DNA from: an uncultured Bacteroidales bacterium
Lineage (GTDB): Bacteria > Bacteroidota > Bacteroidia > Bacteroidales > GCA-2748055
Reading direction: 5' to 3'
DNA: 64,000 nucleotides
NCBI GenBank assembly: GCA_963809925.1
Contig: CAWELH010000007.1
Span: 98,347-162,346, forward strand
In this document: positions 46,048 to 54,690 of the stretch, piece by piece
How the letters are laid out: every line of letters begins with the position of its first letter
How positions within the stretch are numbered: the first letter of the stretch is position 1
The notes under the pieces: generated by a model
The model's input: only the letters and a program-made list of their open reading frames with translations
The model's database searches: none
What the model was told of the DNA's origin: nothing
Made by a program: the position numbers and the translations under genes

Positions 46048-46947
46048 ATGAAGACAACCATCGTAATAGTACTCAGCCTCATCACGATAAGTCTTTCCGG
46101 ACAGATTCCCATATTGCCCGATTTCTATGCCGATCCGTCGGCTAGACTCTTTGGTGATTCAGTATGGATATACCCCTCTCACGACATCCCTGGCAGTACC
46201 TATTGGGATATGACAGACTGGCATACTTTTTCTTCCAGTGATATGAAGTCCTGGACGGACCACGGCATCATTCTCAGCCTGGCTGATATTTCATGGGCCG
46301 GCAAATACGCCTGGGCTGCCGACTGTATCGAACGTAACAGGAAATATTATTTTTATTTCACCGCAGATTTCCAGGTGGGCGTTGCGGTCAGCAACTCTCC
46401 TGCAGGTCCTTTTAAAGATGCACTTGGCACACCACTGATCGCAAAGAATGAAGGCAGAACGACGGCAATGGATCCGTGTATTTTCATCGATGATGATGGC
46501 CAGGCGTACCTCTATTATGGCAATGGCGGGCTTTGCGTGGTGAAGCTGAAAGAGGATATGATCACAAAAGATGGAGAACCGGAGAAAATCGACGCTAAGT
46601 TCTACCACGAAGGCATCTGGGTCCATAAGAAAGACGGGAAATACTATCTTTCCTACCCTTCATGGCGTGGCGACATGGTAGCAAACCTCCTTGAATACAG
46701 CATCGGTGATTCCCCCGTCGGCCCCTTCGAACATGCAGGGATCATCCTCGATAACCATTCAAGGAACGTCCACCATTCCATTGTTGAGATAAGGGGACAA
46801 TGGTACCTGTTCTATCACATACAGGGTCCAAGTCCTTATGAAAGAAGGGTTTGCATGGAAAAACTGCAATACACTGAGGATGGTAAGATTGTTAGCCTGC
46901 ACATGTCACCGGTCGATGGTAATACCACTATTTCTGCCGGAAGATGA
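46048..46947 (+). CDS. GH43-family glycoside hydrolase (xylosidase/arabinofuranosidase-like)
   Basis: Signal peptide. LPDFYADPSARLFGDSVWIYPSHD, WAADCIERNRKYYFYF, MDPCIFIDDDG, HEGIWVHKKDGKYYLSY. Confidence 0.85.
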   Translation: MKTTIVIVLSLITISLSGQIPILPDFYADPSARLFGDSVWIYPSHDIPGSTYWDMTDWHTFSSSDMKSWTDHGIILSLADISWAGKYAWAADCIERNRKYYFYFTADFQVGVAVSNSPAGPFKDALGTPLIAKNEGRTTAMDPCIFIDDDGQAYLYYGNGGLCVVKLKEDMITKDGEPEKIDAKFYHEGIWVHKKDGKYYLSYPSWRGDMVANLLEYSIGDSPVGPFEHAGIILDNHSRNVHHSIVEIRGQWYLFYHIQGPSPYERRVCMEKLQYTEDGKIVSLHMSPVDGNTTISAGR

Positions 46948-47020
46948 ATTCACGTCAACAGACATTTGTATGCTGACGTGCGAGAGAGTGAGTTTAAATC
47001 TTGAATTATCTCTATCTTTG

Positions 47021-47054
47021 AAATCCAAACGGTTCAATTGAACCGTTTGGATTT
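47021..47054 (+). terminator. Terminator-like perfect hairpin after GH43
   Basis: AAATCCAAACGGTTCAATTGAACCGTTTGGATTT is a perfect 34-nt palindrome (17-bp arms, no unpaired loop), followed by TCCGTTG. Confidence 0.65.
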
Positions 47055-47088
47055 TCCGTTGTCTTACTTCACCTAAATAAGATTGAAG

Positions 47089-48420
47089 ATGAAACAGGTA
47101 AAACTCATACTCCTGATTGTGGCCGTTGTACAGATAAGCGTTCAGGCCCAGATAAATAAAAGGATAACTGCTGAAGCTTCAAAGGAAAGTGAAGCAGCAT
47201 TGAAGCTTTGTAAACAGATTCATGAAAATCCCGAGCTTTCAACTATGGAATTTGAAACCGCGGAGCTGATGGCCTCTGTGTTTGAAAAAGAAGGGATGGA
47301 AGTGACGCGTCATTTTGGTGGTAACAGTGTGGTAGGAATTTATAAAAACGGAAACGGGCCGGTGATCATGTTGCGTTGCGATCTGGATGCATTACCTGTT
47401 CAGGAGAAAACCGGGCTGGATTTTGCCAGCACAAAACAGATGAAAAATACCAATGGGGAGGAAGTGTATGTTATGCATGCCTGTGGACACGATATCCACA
47501 TGTCGGTGTTGGCCGGTACAATCCACACCCTGATCGCGTTGAAAGATACATGGAAAGGAACGCTGATGGTCATTGCCCAGCAGGCTGAAGAGATTTCCGG
47601 CGGTGCCACCACAGCCATCAAGGCAGGTCTGTTTCAGAAATTTCCCGTACCTGATTATGCACTGGCCTACCATATAAATCCCGATGTCGAGTCGGGCAAG
47701 ATCGGACTGGTTAGCGGACCGGCTCTTGCAGGTGTTAAGACCGTATATATTACCGTGCACGGTAAAGGCGGACACGGAGCCCTCCCGGAGAAATGCATCG
47801 ATCCCATCGTTATCGCTTCGCGAATCGTTTTAGACCTTCAGACCATTGTCAGCAGGGAGGTCAGCCCTCAGGAACCCGCAGTTGTAACTGTCGGATCCAT
47901 CCATGGAGGTACCCGGCCAAACATCATCCCCGATGAGGTAAAGCTGGAACTTACCCTGCGCTATTACAGCGATGAGGTCATAGATCAGATTATAAGCGCA
48001 ATAAACAGAATCTGCCGTGGCGCAGCACTTACTGCCGGCTTGCCGGAAAACCTGATGCCGGAAGTGATCGTATCTCCCGAAAATACACCTCCGGTAATTA
48101 ACAATGCCAGACTTAAAAGTGATATTGAATCCTTCTCCGGTGGCATCCTTGGCGCTCAGAATGTGGTTCCGGTAAAACCCGTGATGGGTGCCGAAGACTT
48201 CGGCCTCTATGGCAAAACACCAGAAAATATTCCCATTTTTCTGATCTGGTTAGGGATCACGAAACCCGAGCTGATGGCCGAGTATAAAAGCAAAGGCCAG
48301 TCACCTCCTCCGCTGCACTCACCCAACCTGACGCCGGACTATCAGAAGGCCATTGAGACCGGGATCGAGGCGATGACGGCGAATGTGATTGGGATGATGA
48401 AGGGCGGGGGGAAGTTATGA
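47089..48420 (+). CDS. M20D-family amidohydrolase (aminoacylase/hippurate-hydrolase-like)
   Basis: Signal peptide. LRCDLDALP, MHACGHDIHM, GGHGA. The ATG at 47089 is preferred over the TTG at 47083. The final codons (GGG AAG TTA TGA) are in register with the downstream octamer repeat. Confidence 0.85.
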   Translation: MKQVKLILLIVAVVQISVQAQINKRITAEASKESEAALKLCKQIHENPELSTMEFETAELMASVFEKEGMEVTRHFGGNSVVGIYKNGNGPVIMLRCDLDALPVQEKTGLDFASTKQMKNTNGEEVYVMHACGHDIHMSVLAGTIHTLIALKDTWKGTLMVIAQQAEEISGGATTAIKAGLFQKFPVPDYALAYHINPDVESGKIGLVSGPALAGVKTVYITVHGKGGHGALPEKCIDPIVIASRIVLDLQTIVSREVSPQEPAVVTVGSIHGGTRPNIIPDEVKLELTLRYYSDEVIDQIISAINRICRGAALTAGLPENLMPEVIVSPENTPPVINNARLKSDIESFSGGILGAQNVVPVKPVMGAEDFGLYGKTPENIPIFLIWLGITKPELMAEYKSKGQSPPPLHSPNLTPDYQKAIETGIEAMTANVIGMMKGGGKL

Positions 48421-48739
48421 TGTTATGGAGTTAGGAAGTTAGGGAGTTAGGGAGTTAGGGATGTCCCTTATCACTCTTCAACTCAACAAACCGCGTCCGC
48501 CGTAGCTTGAGCGAAGGTGGATCAACAACTCAACAACTCAACAAATAAGAAGTGATGGGGAGAGCATGAGAGGTGCTTGTAGAAACGATTCATCCATGCC
48601 GGAGGCATTTTCCAACAATAGCCATGGTTTTGCCCATGGAGAGGATACGGTTTTAGAGCTCTCTCTTGAATTCAACAAACCGCGTCCGCCGAAGCTTGCG
48701 CCACCGCTAAAGGCGGCACGCGGTCAGCGAAGGTGGGCT
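48410..48739 (+). repeat. Composite octamer-periodic element (colinear with 23834-24180)
   Basis: GGAAGTTA-type octamers x6 at 48410-48457. Linker GGGATGTCCCTTATCACTCTTCAACTCA. 31-nt hairpin unit at 48491-48521. (CAACAACT) repeats. AGTGATGGGG at 48551. 47-nt core at 48594-48640. A diverged 31-mer with an insertion at 48681-48739. Confidence 0.9.
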
Positions 48740-48956
48740 GTGTCCGCCGAAGCTTCAGCGAAAGTGGACCGTGTCCGCCGTAGCTTCAGCGAAGGTGGGC
48801 TGTGTCCGCCGTAACTTCAGCGAAGGTGGGCTGTGTCCGCCGTAACTTCAGCGAAGGTGGGCTGTGTCCGCCGTAGCTTCAGCGAAAGTGGACCGTGTCC
48901 GCCGTAGCTTCAGCGAAAGTGGACCGTGTCCGCCGTAGCTTCAGCGAAGGCGGATC
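48740..48956 (+). repeat. Seven head-to-tail copies of a 31-nt hairpin-forming unit (GTGTCCGCCGTAGCTTCAGCGAAGGTGGGCT)
   Basis: Units counted at 48740, 48771, 48802, 48833, 48864, 48895 and 48926, with no spacers. Two 3' variants (GAAGGTGGGCT / GAAAGTGGACC). Confidence 0.95.
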
Positions 48957-49043
48957 AATAAATAGTCTCTGTGCTGAATGGTTGACAATTTCATGAATCG
49001 AATTACATAGCAGCATTGGCCGGTGCATACCGAATACTAAAAA

Positions 49044-49634
49044 ATGAAAAAACTTCTTCTGATAATCCTGCTCCTTCCCGGCCTCATCGCATATCCCCAA
49101 AATCCGGATATTGATCTTTTGCGGGCTATTAATCATCACCGCAATCCTCATCTCGACAATACATTCCGCTTTGTCAGTGACGCTACGGCACCCATTGCTA
49201 TCGCAACACCGGTTTTGATGTTTGGAATTAGCCTGGCAAACCATGATACCTGTCTGCGGCACGATTCATATTATATCGCGGCATCACTCATTACAGCTGC
49301 TGCCCTGACAACGGTTCTTAAATACACCATCGACCGTAGCCGGCCTTTTCAAAAATATCCTGATATTATAAAACTCGGTGATGCCGGCAGTCCCTCCTTC
49401 CCTTCCGGACATACGTCCGATGCATTTTCCATGGCCACTTCCCTTAGTCTCACGTATCCAAAATGGTATGTGATCATCCCTGCCTATGCGTGGAGCTGCA
49501 CGGTAGCATTCGCCAGGATGGATCTCGGTGTTCATTATCCTTCAGATGTACTGGCCGGTGCAGTCATCGGGGCAGGATCAGCCTGGCTGTGCCATATCGG
49601 GCAGGAATACCTGAGGAAAAAGTATACCAGATAA
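49044..49634 (+). CDS. PAP2-family phosphatase
   Basis: KYTIDRSRP, PSGH and ARMDLGVHYPSD, the three PAP2 motifs. Confidence 0.85.
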   Translation: MKKLLLIILLLPGLIAYPQNPDIDLLRAINHHRNPHLDNTFRFVSDATAPIAIATPVLMFGISLANHDTCLRHDSYYIAASLITAAALTTVLKYTIDRSRPFQKYPDIIKLGDAGSPSFPSGHTSDAFSMATSLSLTYPKWYVIIPAYAWSCTVAFARMDLGVHYPSDVLAGAVIGAGSAWLCHIGQEYLRKKYTR

Positions 49635-49711
49635 AAATTGTCGGGTAGAATCCATGAAATACATGGATATTAATCAGGAATGTAGTTTCAGATTTGCGCC
49701 GAAACTCAAAA

Positions 49712-50443
49712 TTATTCAGCCGGCCCGTTCATTCTCTGAAATACTTTTAACAGATCGTCCGGACCAGCCTTGGTCATCGCTTCACTAAATCCATAGGACA
49801 ACTCAATACGGCCTTCCTTTAGTTGTTTAAAGATAGCCTCTACAAATTCATCAACAGGTGTGGCATGATCGTGCAGTCCTTTACCCCCAAGATCCGTATT
49901 AACGGCAGGGGGGATCAACTCAATCACCTCGATATTCCTTTGTTTTAACTGATGACGAAGTGAGAGCGTATAGGACCGGAAGAATGCCTTTGAAGCTGAA
50001 TACACAGGGGCACTGACCATAGGAGTGAATGCCAGTCCGGAAGTTACATTGATGATAGTATTCAACGATTTCAACTGCAGGAAAAGCCCGGTCAGGTGAA
50101 GCGGAGCCTCGATATTAATAACGATTTCCTGCTTCGCCCGCTGAAAAAAGTCCTCATCCAACACTGTCAACCGCTGTTGGATTCCCGCATTGTTGATCAG
50201 CACATTTAAATTTCCGTGTTCGTCCGATATCCAGTTGAACAGGGCCTGTCTCTCTGCAGAGACTGTCAGATCGCATTTGCGGGTGATCAGGGAAGGGTAT
50301 TTCGCAGCTGCTTCCTCAAGGGCAGAGGCACGGCGTCCACAGATGATTACCTTGTTGCCTTCAGCTGTAAATTTTCCGGCAAGTCCAAGGCCTATCCCGG
50401 ATGCCCCGCCCGTAATTAATATTGTATTCCCGGTAAGTTTCAT
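49712..50443 (-). CDS. SDR-family oxidoreductase
   Basis: Start at the internal ATG (MKLTGNTILITGGASGIGL, TGxxxGxG). NNAG. YSASK (YxxxK). Confidence 0.85.
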   Translation of the reverse strand: MKLTGNTILITGGASGIGLGLAGKFTAEGNKVIICGRRASALEEAAAKYPSLITRKCDLTVSAERQALFNWISDEHGNLNVLINNAGIQQRLTVLDEDFFQRAKQEIVINIEAPLHLTGLFLQLKSLNTIINVTSGLAFTPMVSAPVYSASKAFFRSYTLSLRHQLKQRNIEVIELIPPAVNTDLGGKGLHDHATPVDEFVEAIFKQLKEGRIELSYGFSEAMTKAGPDDLLKVFQRMNGPAE

Positions 50444-50498
50444 ACGAATATATTTAATGTTACAAACGTTATGATTTTTGCCGATCATTTAATTCTAA

Positions 50499-51332
50499 TC
50501 AGCCATGATCAACCCTTACACAGGTCATGGTCAGAGAACCGGCCACCGCTTTGTCATTAAAGAGGCTGATCTGTTCATTTTTATCCTTCAGTGCCAGGAC
50601 ATAAAGCAAGGGCAGGAAATGTTCTGGTGTCGGGACAGCCAGCTGGAATGCTTTCCCCTGGGATGAATAATCGATCAATGACTGGCAGTCAGCCTCACGA
50701 ATATAATTTTTCATCTTCGAACCGGCTTCAATGGCCCAGTCGTAGGCAAAATTATCTACGTTAAATTTATCCCAGGCTACAAGCCGGAGATTATGAACCA
50801 TGTTCCCGCTCCCAATAATAAGAATACCTTTCTTTCGAAGCGGCACCAGCTCTTTTGCCAGATCAAAGTGGTCCTTTGGCGACCTGCAATAATCAAGGCT
50901 AAGTTCGATCACCGGCACATCGGCCTCAGGATAGAGATGTTTGATGACCGACCATGCACCGTGATCAAGTCCCCAATTCTCATCAAGGGTAATGTCGGTT
51001 TGACGGACGATTTTTTTGGTTTCAACGGCTAGTTCAGGACTGCCCGGGGCCGGATACTCCGTATCAAACAGCACCTTCGGAAAACCCCCGAAATCATGGA
51101 TCGTTTCGGGCTTTTCCATGGCGGTCACGCAAGTCCCCTTCGTTTCCCAATGTGCCGATACGCAAAGGATGGCCTGAGGTTTAGGCAAAGTTTTCCCAGC
51201 TTCCTTCCATCCCCTGACAAATTCATTATCCTCAATGGCATTCATCGGGCTGCCATGTCCAAGGAAAAGCACGGGCATATGCTCCGTGCTTTTAAATGAT
51301 CCTGTCATACTATGCAAATCATTCAGTTTCAT
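50499..51332 (-). CDS. Class III extradiol dioxygenase, 4,5-DOPA-dioxygenase (YgiD/LigB) family
   Basis: MPVLFLGHGSPMNA, ILCVSAHW, GLDHGAWS, IIGSGNMVHN. Confidence 0.85.
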   Translation of the reverse strand: MKLNDLHSMTGSFKSTEHMPVLFLGHGSPMNAIEDNEFVRGWKEAGKTLPKPQAILCVSAHWETKGTCVTAMEKPETIHDFGGFPKVLFDTEYPAPGSPELAVETKKIVRQTDITLDENWGLDHGAWSVIKHLYPEADVPVIELSLDYCRSPKDHFDLAKELVPLRKKGILIIGSGNMVHNLRLVAWDKFNVDNFAYDWAIEAGSKMKNYIREADCQSLIDYSSQGKAFQLAVPTPEHFLPLLYVLALKDKNEQISLFNDKAVAGSLTMTCVRVDHG

Positions 51333-51355
51333 TTTCGTCTTTCCTTCTGCCAGCG

Positions 51356-51907
51356 TTACGCGGCTTGTTTTACAAATTGCACTTCAGCAGAGATCCTCAC
51401 CTCATCACTAACCAGTACACCCCCGGTTTCCAGAGCGGCATTCCAGTTCAACCCCCACTCCTTCCTGCTTATCTTCCCACTGATGGCAAATCCTGCCTTT
51501 TCATTCCCCCATGGGTCCTTATTGACACCTCCAAATTCCACATCGAGGGTAACCTCCTTCTTTGTTCCTTTAATCGAGAGAAGTCCGGTTAATTTGTACA
51601 ATCCATCATCGACCTTCCTCATCTTCTTTCCTTCAAAACGGATTTCTTTGTGGTGCTCCACATCAAAAAAATCAGCGCTTCTCAGGTGGCCATCACGACT
51701 TTCATCGTTGGTATAAATGGAGGAAGAATCAATATTTACGATAATCGGTGAGTTCGTAAATTCTTCTCCGTCTATTTCCGCATTAAACTTTGTGAACTCT
51801 CCTTTAACGTTTGAGATCATCATATGTTTAACCCTGAACATCAACTCACTGTGTGCGGGATCGGAAATCCATTTGGTTTTGCTTGTTGTTTCAGTAACTG
51901 TTTCCAT
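51356..51907 (-). CDS. YceI-family protein
   Basis: WISDPAHSELMFRVKHMMISNVKGEF and LSIKGTKKEVTLDVEF. Start taken at the Met of METVTE. Confidence 0.8.
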   Translation of the reverse strand: METVTETTSKTKWISDPAHSELMFRVKHMMISNVKGEFTKFNAEIDGEEFTNSPIIVNIDSSSIYTNDESRDGHLRSADFFDVEHHKEIRFEGKKMRKVDDGLYKLTGLLSIKGTKKEVTLDVEFGGVNKDPWGNEKAGFAISGKISRKEWGLNWNAALETGGVLVSDEVRISAEVQFVKQAA

Positions 51908-52012
51908 TTTTCTAAATCCTTTCTTTCTGATTACCTTCATTAAAATTAACGATACAAAGGTAAAGCTCCGGCCAGGTATGCGGTAACAGTATTCGGAAAA
52001 TGTGTTGTAATA

Positions 52013-52843
52013 TCAGGAAAGCAGCTGGTGCATCTCCTCCCTGAATTCGGTGGGCGTTTGTCCTGATTTCTTTTTGAAAACAGTCGTAAAGTAGGATTTC
52101 TCATTATAACCCAGTTCAAACCCGATTTCGGATATGGATTTATCTGTACTGATCAGCAGGTTTTTTGCCTCAATGAGCTTACGGGTTTCTATGATTTCAG
52201 AAACACTCTGATGCAGGATATTCTGACAAATGATATTCAAATTTCGGGCTGACATAAAAAGTTTTTCGGCATAATATTCAACTCCTTCCGGTCTCCGGAA
52301 ATTTTCCTCAAGAATCCTAAGGAAATTTTTAAAAGTGGTATTTTGTGTCTTTTGCAAATTATCATCACCAGGATGAAGCTTTTTCCGTTCCGATTCGATC
52401 ATGATAAACAGAGCACTGAGCAGATGCTGCATAACACCATAGTCGGGATCCTGCTGCTGTGTTTCCCTGAACATCATCTCACAGAGTATGGGCATTCGCC
52501 GGAAACATTCATCCGCTTTGAGTTTGATGTTTGCATAGCCATGATAAAAGGAATACAATTGAAAAGTGGTTTCAGGGATGAACTCACTTTTGAAACGAAG
52601 GACCCAGATATTGCATTTCCCATCCTTTAACCCCGGAACGACGCGATGTACCTTGCCCTGCGCTACGAAACTGATAAATGGTGCTTCGAGCATCTCCGAT
52701 TTAAAATCGATGAAATGATCCAAAGTCCCTTCAATGCCCACCAAAAGTTCCTCATAATCGTGCTGATGCGGTTCGTTTACTGACGAGGCGACCTTTTTTG
52801 CGTCTTCAACACCAAAATTGAATATCCGGAAGAGTTGATCCAT
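52013..52843 (-). CDS. AraC-family transcriptional regulator
   Basis: C-terminal double HTH (ARNLNIICQNILHQSVSEIIETRKLIEAKNLL, ISEIGFELGYNEKSYFTTVFKKKSGQTPTEFR). The ATG at 52843 is preferred. A TATCTTTG -7-like box lies at 52850-52857 (minus strand). Confidence 0.85.
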   Translation of the reverse strand: MDQLFRIFNFGVEDAKKVASSVNEPHQHDYEELLVGIEGTLDHFIDFKSEMLEAPFISFVAQGKVHRVVPGLKDGKCNIWVLRFKSEFIPETTFQLYSFYHGYANIKLKADECFRRMPILCEMMFRETQQQDPDYGVMQHLLSALFIMIESERKKLHPGDDNLQKTQNTTFKNFLRILEENFRRPEGVEYYAEKLFMSARNLNIICQNILHQSVSEIIETRKLIEAKNLLISTDKSISEIGFELGYNEKSYFTTVFKKKSGQTPTEFREEMHQLLS

Positions 52844-52936
52844 GGTATACAAAGATACGGGATTTTCAGAAATTGAGGGGAGGATAAGAAAAGCCGGGGC
52901 CGGGATGTCAGGAATAGGTGTGATTTACACTGATGA

Positions 52937-54448
52937 TTAGTTTACCGGGGTATACATGAAATTTTTAAATCTGACAGTTCCGTCTCCCATAGCGCATAAT
53001 CCAATGCGAAGACTTAAAAATTGGCCGAGTACGTTGTGATCATAGTCAGACACCTCTATAGAATTTTCGATTTTAGTCCAGTCTTCGCCATTAACACTGT
53101 AATACATATCAACGGTACTATTCATGTTTTTAAGGCGGAGGAATACATGCCTGTTGATGACGCCTTTCTCGGTTGGGAATTGCCAGCTCCTGAGGTTGGC
53201 AAGAATATTTTCACGATCAGCCAATATGCCTGAGTATGCTTTTTGATTATAGAACAGAAGCAATCCACCGATGGCATCACCTTCAATTTCTAGTTCAACC
53301 TGGGCAGTATAAGAATGGTCAGCCGGCATGCAAAGAAGGGGTGAACTCTCCCCAACAGTATTGCCTTTGGCTTTAATTGCAATGCTGCTTCCGCTCATTT
53401 CAAATCTACTTGTATCGTATTCACCAAAGAAATGCCAGGTAGGTTTAAGATCCTTGCCCCGAAAGTTATCATTCAATGTGAATACTTCACCATCAGGAAT
53501 ACCAGCTGGCTTTTTTATGGGTTTATCGATCCTACTATTTTCCGGAACTTTAAACCATCCGTCATCCGTCCATTCCACCGAAGAGAGTAAAGTCTGACGT
53601 CCCATGTTATAATGCCCGTTCTCGTATCCATGAAATATCATCCACCATTTTCCGGTTACGTCTTCAAAGATAGTTGCATGTCCGACGGACCACCACTTTT
53701 CGGTTTTATCTTTCGTCCTGATAACCGGATTATATGGTGAATTTTCCCACGGCCCGAATGGCGATTCAGAACGCGCCGAGATTACCATATGCCCTGTTGC
53801 AGGGCCTGCGGTCCCTCCTTCTGCAACAGTTAGGTAGTAATATCCGCCTCGTCTGAAAAGCTTTGGACCTTCCATGCAAAAGCACTCAATTGACCAGTCA
53901 CGGGGTATCTCCCAACCATCATAGGTATGCTGAAGCGGCCCCGTTACCGACAAACCATCGGCCGATAAGGGGACAAAGCCACCACTGCTGAAATATAAAT
54001 AACGCCTGCCATCCTTGTCTGTCACATGACCAGGGTCAATATTTCCCACTTTTAAATCCACCGGATCGCTCCAGGGACCGACAATTGACTCAGCCACAAC
54101 AACATAATTAGTATTATTAGCCGGAAAGTAGATGTAATATTTATTTTTAACCTTTACCAGGTCTGGAGCCCAGACAGAACCCACATATTTATGCAAAGCA
54201 CATGTCAGAGGTGTCCAGTCTGTCAGATCTTTTGAATGCCAGATGGTCAGACCAGGATAATATTCAAACGATGAATGCACAATATAATAATCACTGCCGT
54301 CAACCAAAATGCTTGGGTCAGGATAATCGCCTGCAAAAATAGGATTTAAAAAATAGCCTTCGTTTAAACCATTTTTATGATCCTGATTTTGAGCATTTAA
54401 TACTAACCAACCGATGGAAATAAGCAGCGTAAAAAAGGCTCTTTTCAT
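52937..54448 (-). CDS. GH43-family glycoside hydrolase (beta-xylosidase-like) with C-terminal beta-sandwich domain
   Basis: Signal peptide. NPIFAGDYPDPSILVDGSDYYIVHSSFEYYPGLTIWHSKDLTDW, VWAPDL, MEGPKLF. About 200 extra C-terminal residues. Confidence 0.85.
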   Translation of the reverse strand: MKRAFFTLLISIGWLVLNAQNQDHKNGLNEGYFLNPIFAGDYPDPSILVDGSDYYIVHSSFEYYPGLTIWHSKDLTDWTPLTCALHKYVGSVWAPDLVKVKNKYYIYFPANNTNYVVVAESIVGPWSDPVDLKVGNIDPGHVTDKDGRRYLYFSSGGFVPLSADGLSVTGPLQHTYDGWEIPRDWSIECFCMEGPKLFRRGGYYYLTVAEGGTAGPATGHMVISARSESPFGPWENSPYNPVIRTKDKTEKWWSVGHATIFEDVTGKWWMIFHGYENGHYNMGRQTLLSSVEWTDDGWFKVPENSRIDKPIKKPAGIPDGEVFTLNDNFRGKDLKPTWHFFGEYDTSRFEMSGSSIAIKAKGNTVGESSPLLCMPADHSYTAQVELEIEGDAIGGLLLFYNQKAYSGILADRENILANLRSWQFPTEKGVINRHVFLRLKNMNSTVDMYYSVNGEDWTKIENSIEVSDYDHNVLGQFLSLRIGLCAMGDGTVRFKNFMYTPVN

Positions 54449-54507
54449 AATGCTTTGTATCTACACTATAAAAATAGCGAATTTTTATAGAAAAATGCCC
54501 TTCTTTT

Positions 54508-54690
54508 GATTTGGTGATTTGGTGATTTAGTGAATTGAAGAGTGATTTAAAGGACATCCCTAAATCCCTAACTTCATAACTCCCTAATCATAACTCCATC
54601 ACTCCATCACTTCTTATTTGTTGAGTTGTTGAGTTGTTGAGTTGAAGATTGATTTAAAGAACATCCCTAACTTCCTAACTTCATAACTTC
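54508..54690 (-). repeat. Two tandem minimal units of the octamer-periodic element
   Basis: In minus-strand sense: GAAGTTAT GAAGTTAG GAAGTTAG GGATGTTCTTTAAATCAATCTTCAACTCA (ACAACTCA)n ACAAATAAGAAGTGATGGAGTGATGGAG TTATGA.. GGGATGTCCTTTAAATCACTCTTCAATTCA (CTAAATCA CCAAATCA CCAAATCA). Confidence 0.9.

Noticed and set aside
48434-48460. TTAGGG (vertebrate telomere hexamer) embedded in GGGAGTTAGGGAGTTAGGG
   Set aside because: The repeat period is 8, not 6, and the locus is internal to a bacterial chromosome. A coincidental substring.
48594-48640. Short peptide MPEAF[S/T]NNSHGFAHG encoded in the 47-nt core in both full-length copies
   Set aside because: Conservation is at the nucleotide level and includes hairpin arms. 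The ORFs diverge immediately afterwards (stop after 20 codons in one copy, run-on into repeats in the other). A micropeptide cannot be excluded, but there is no positive evidence.
48681-48956. 31-nt direct repeats considered as a CRISPR array
   Set aside because: The units are head-to-tail with no spacers at all. No cas genes are in the window. Single units occur in both orientations elsewhere. This is tandem-repeat behaviour, not CRISPR.
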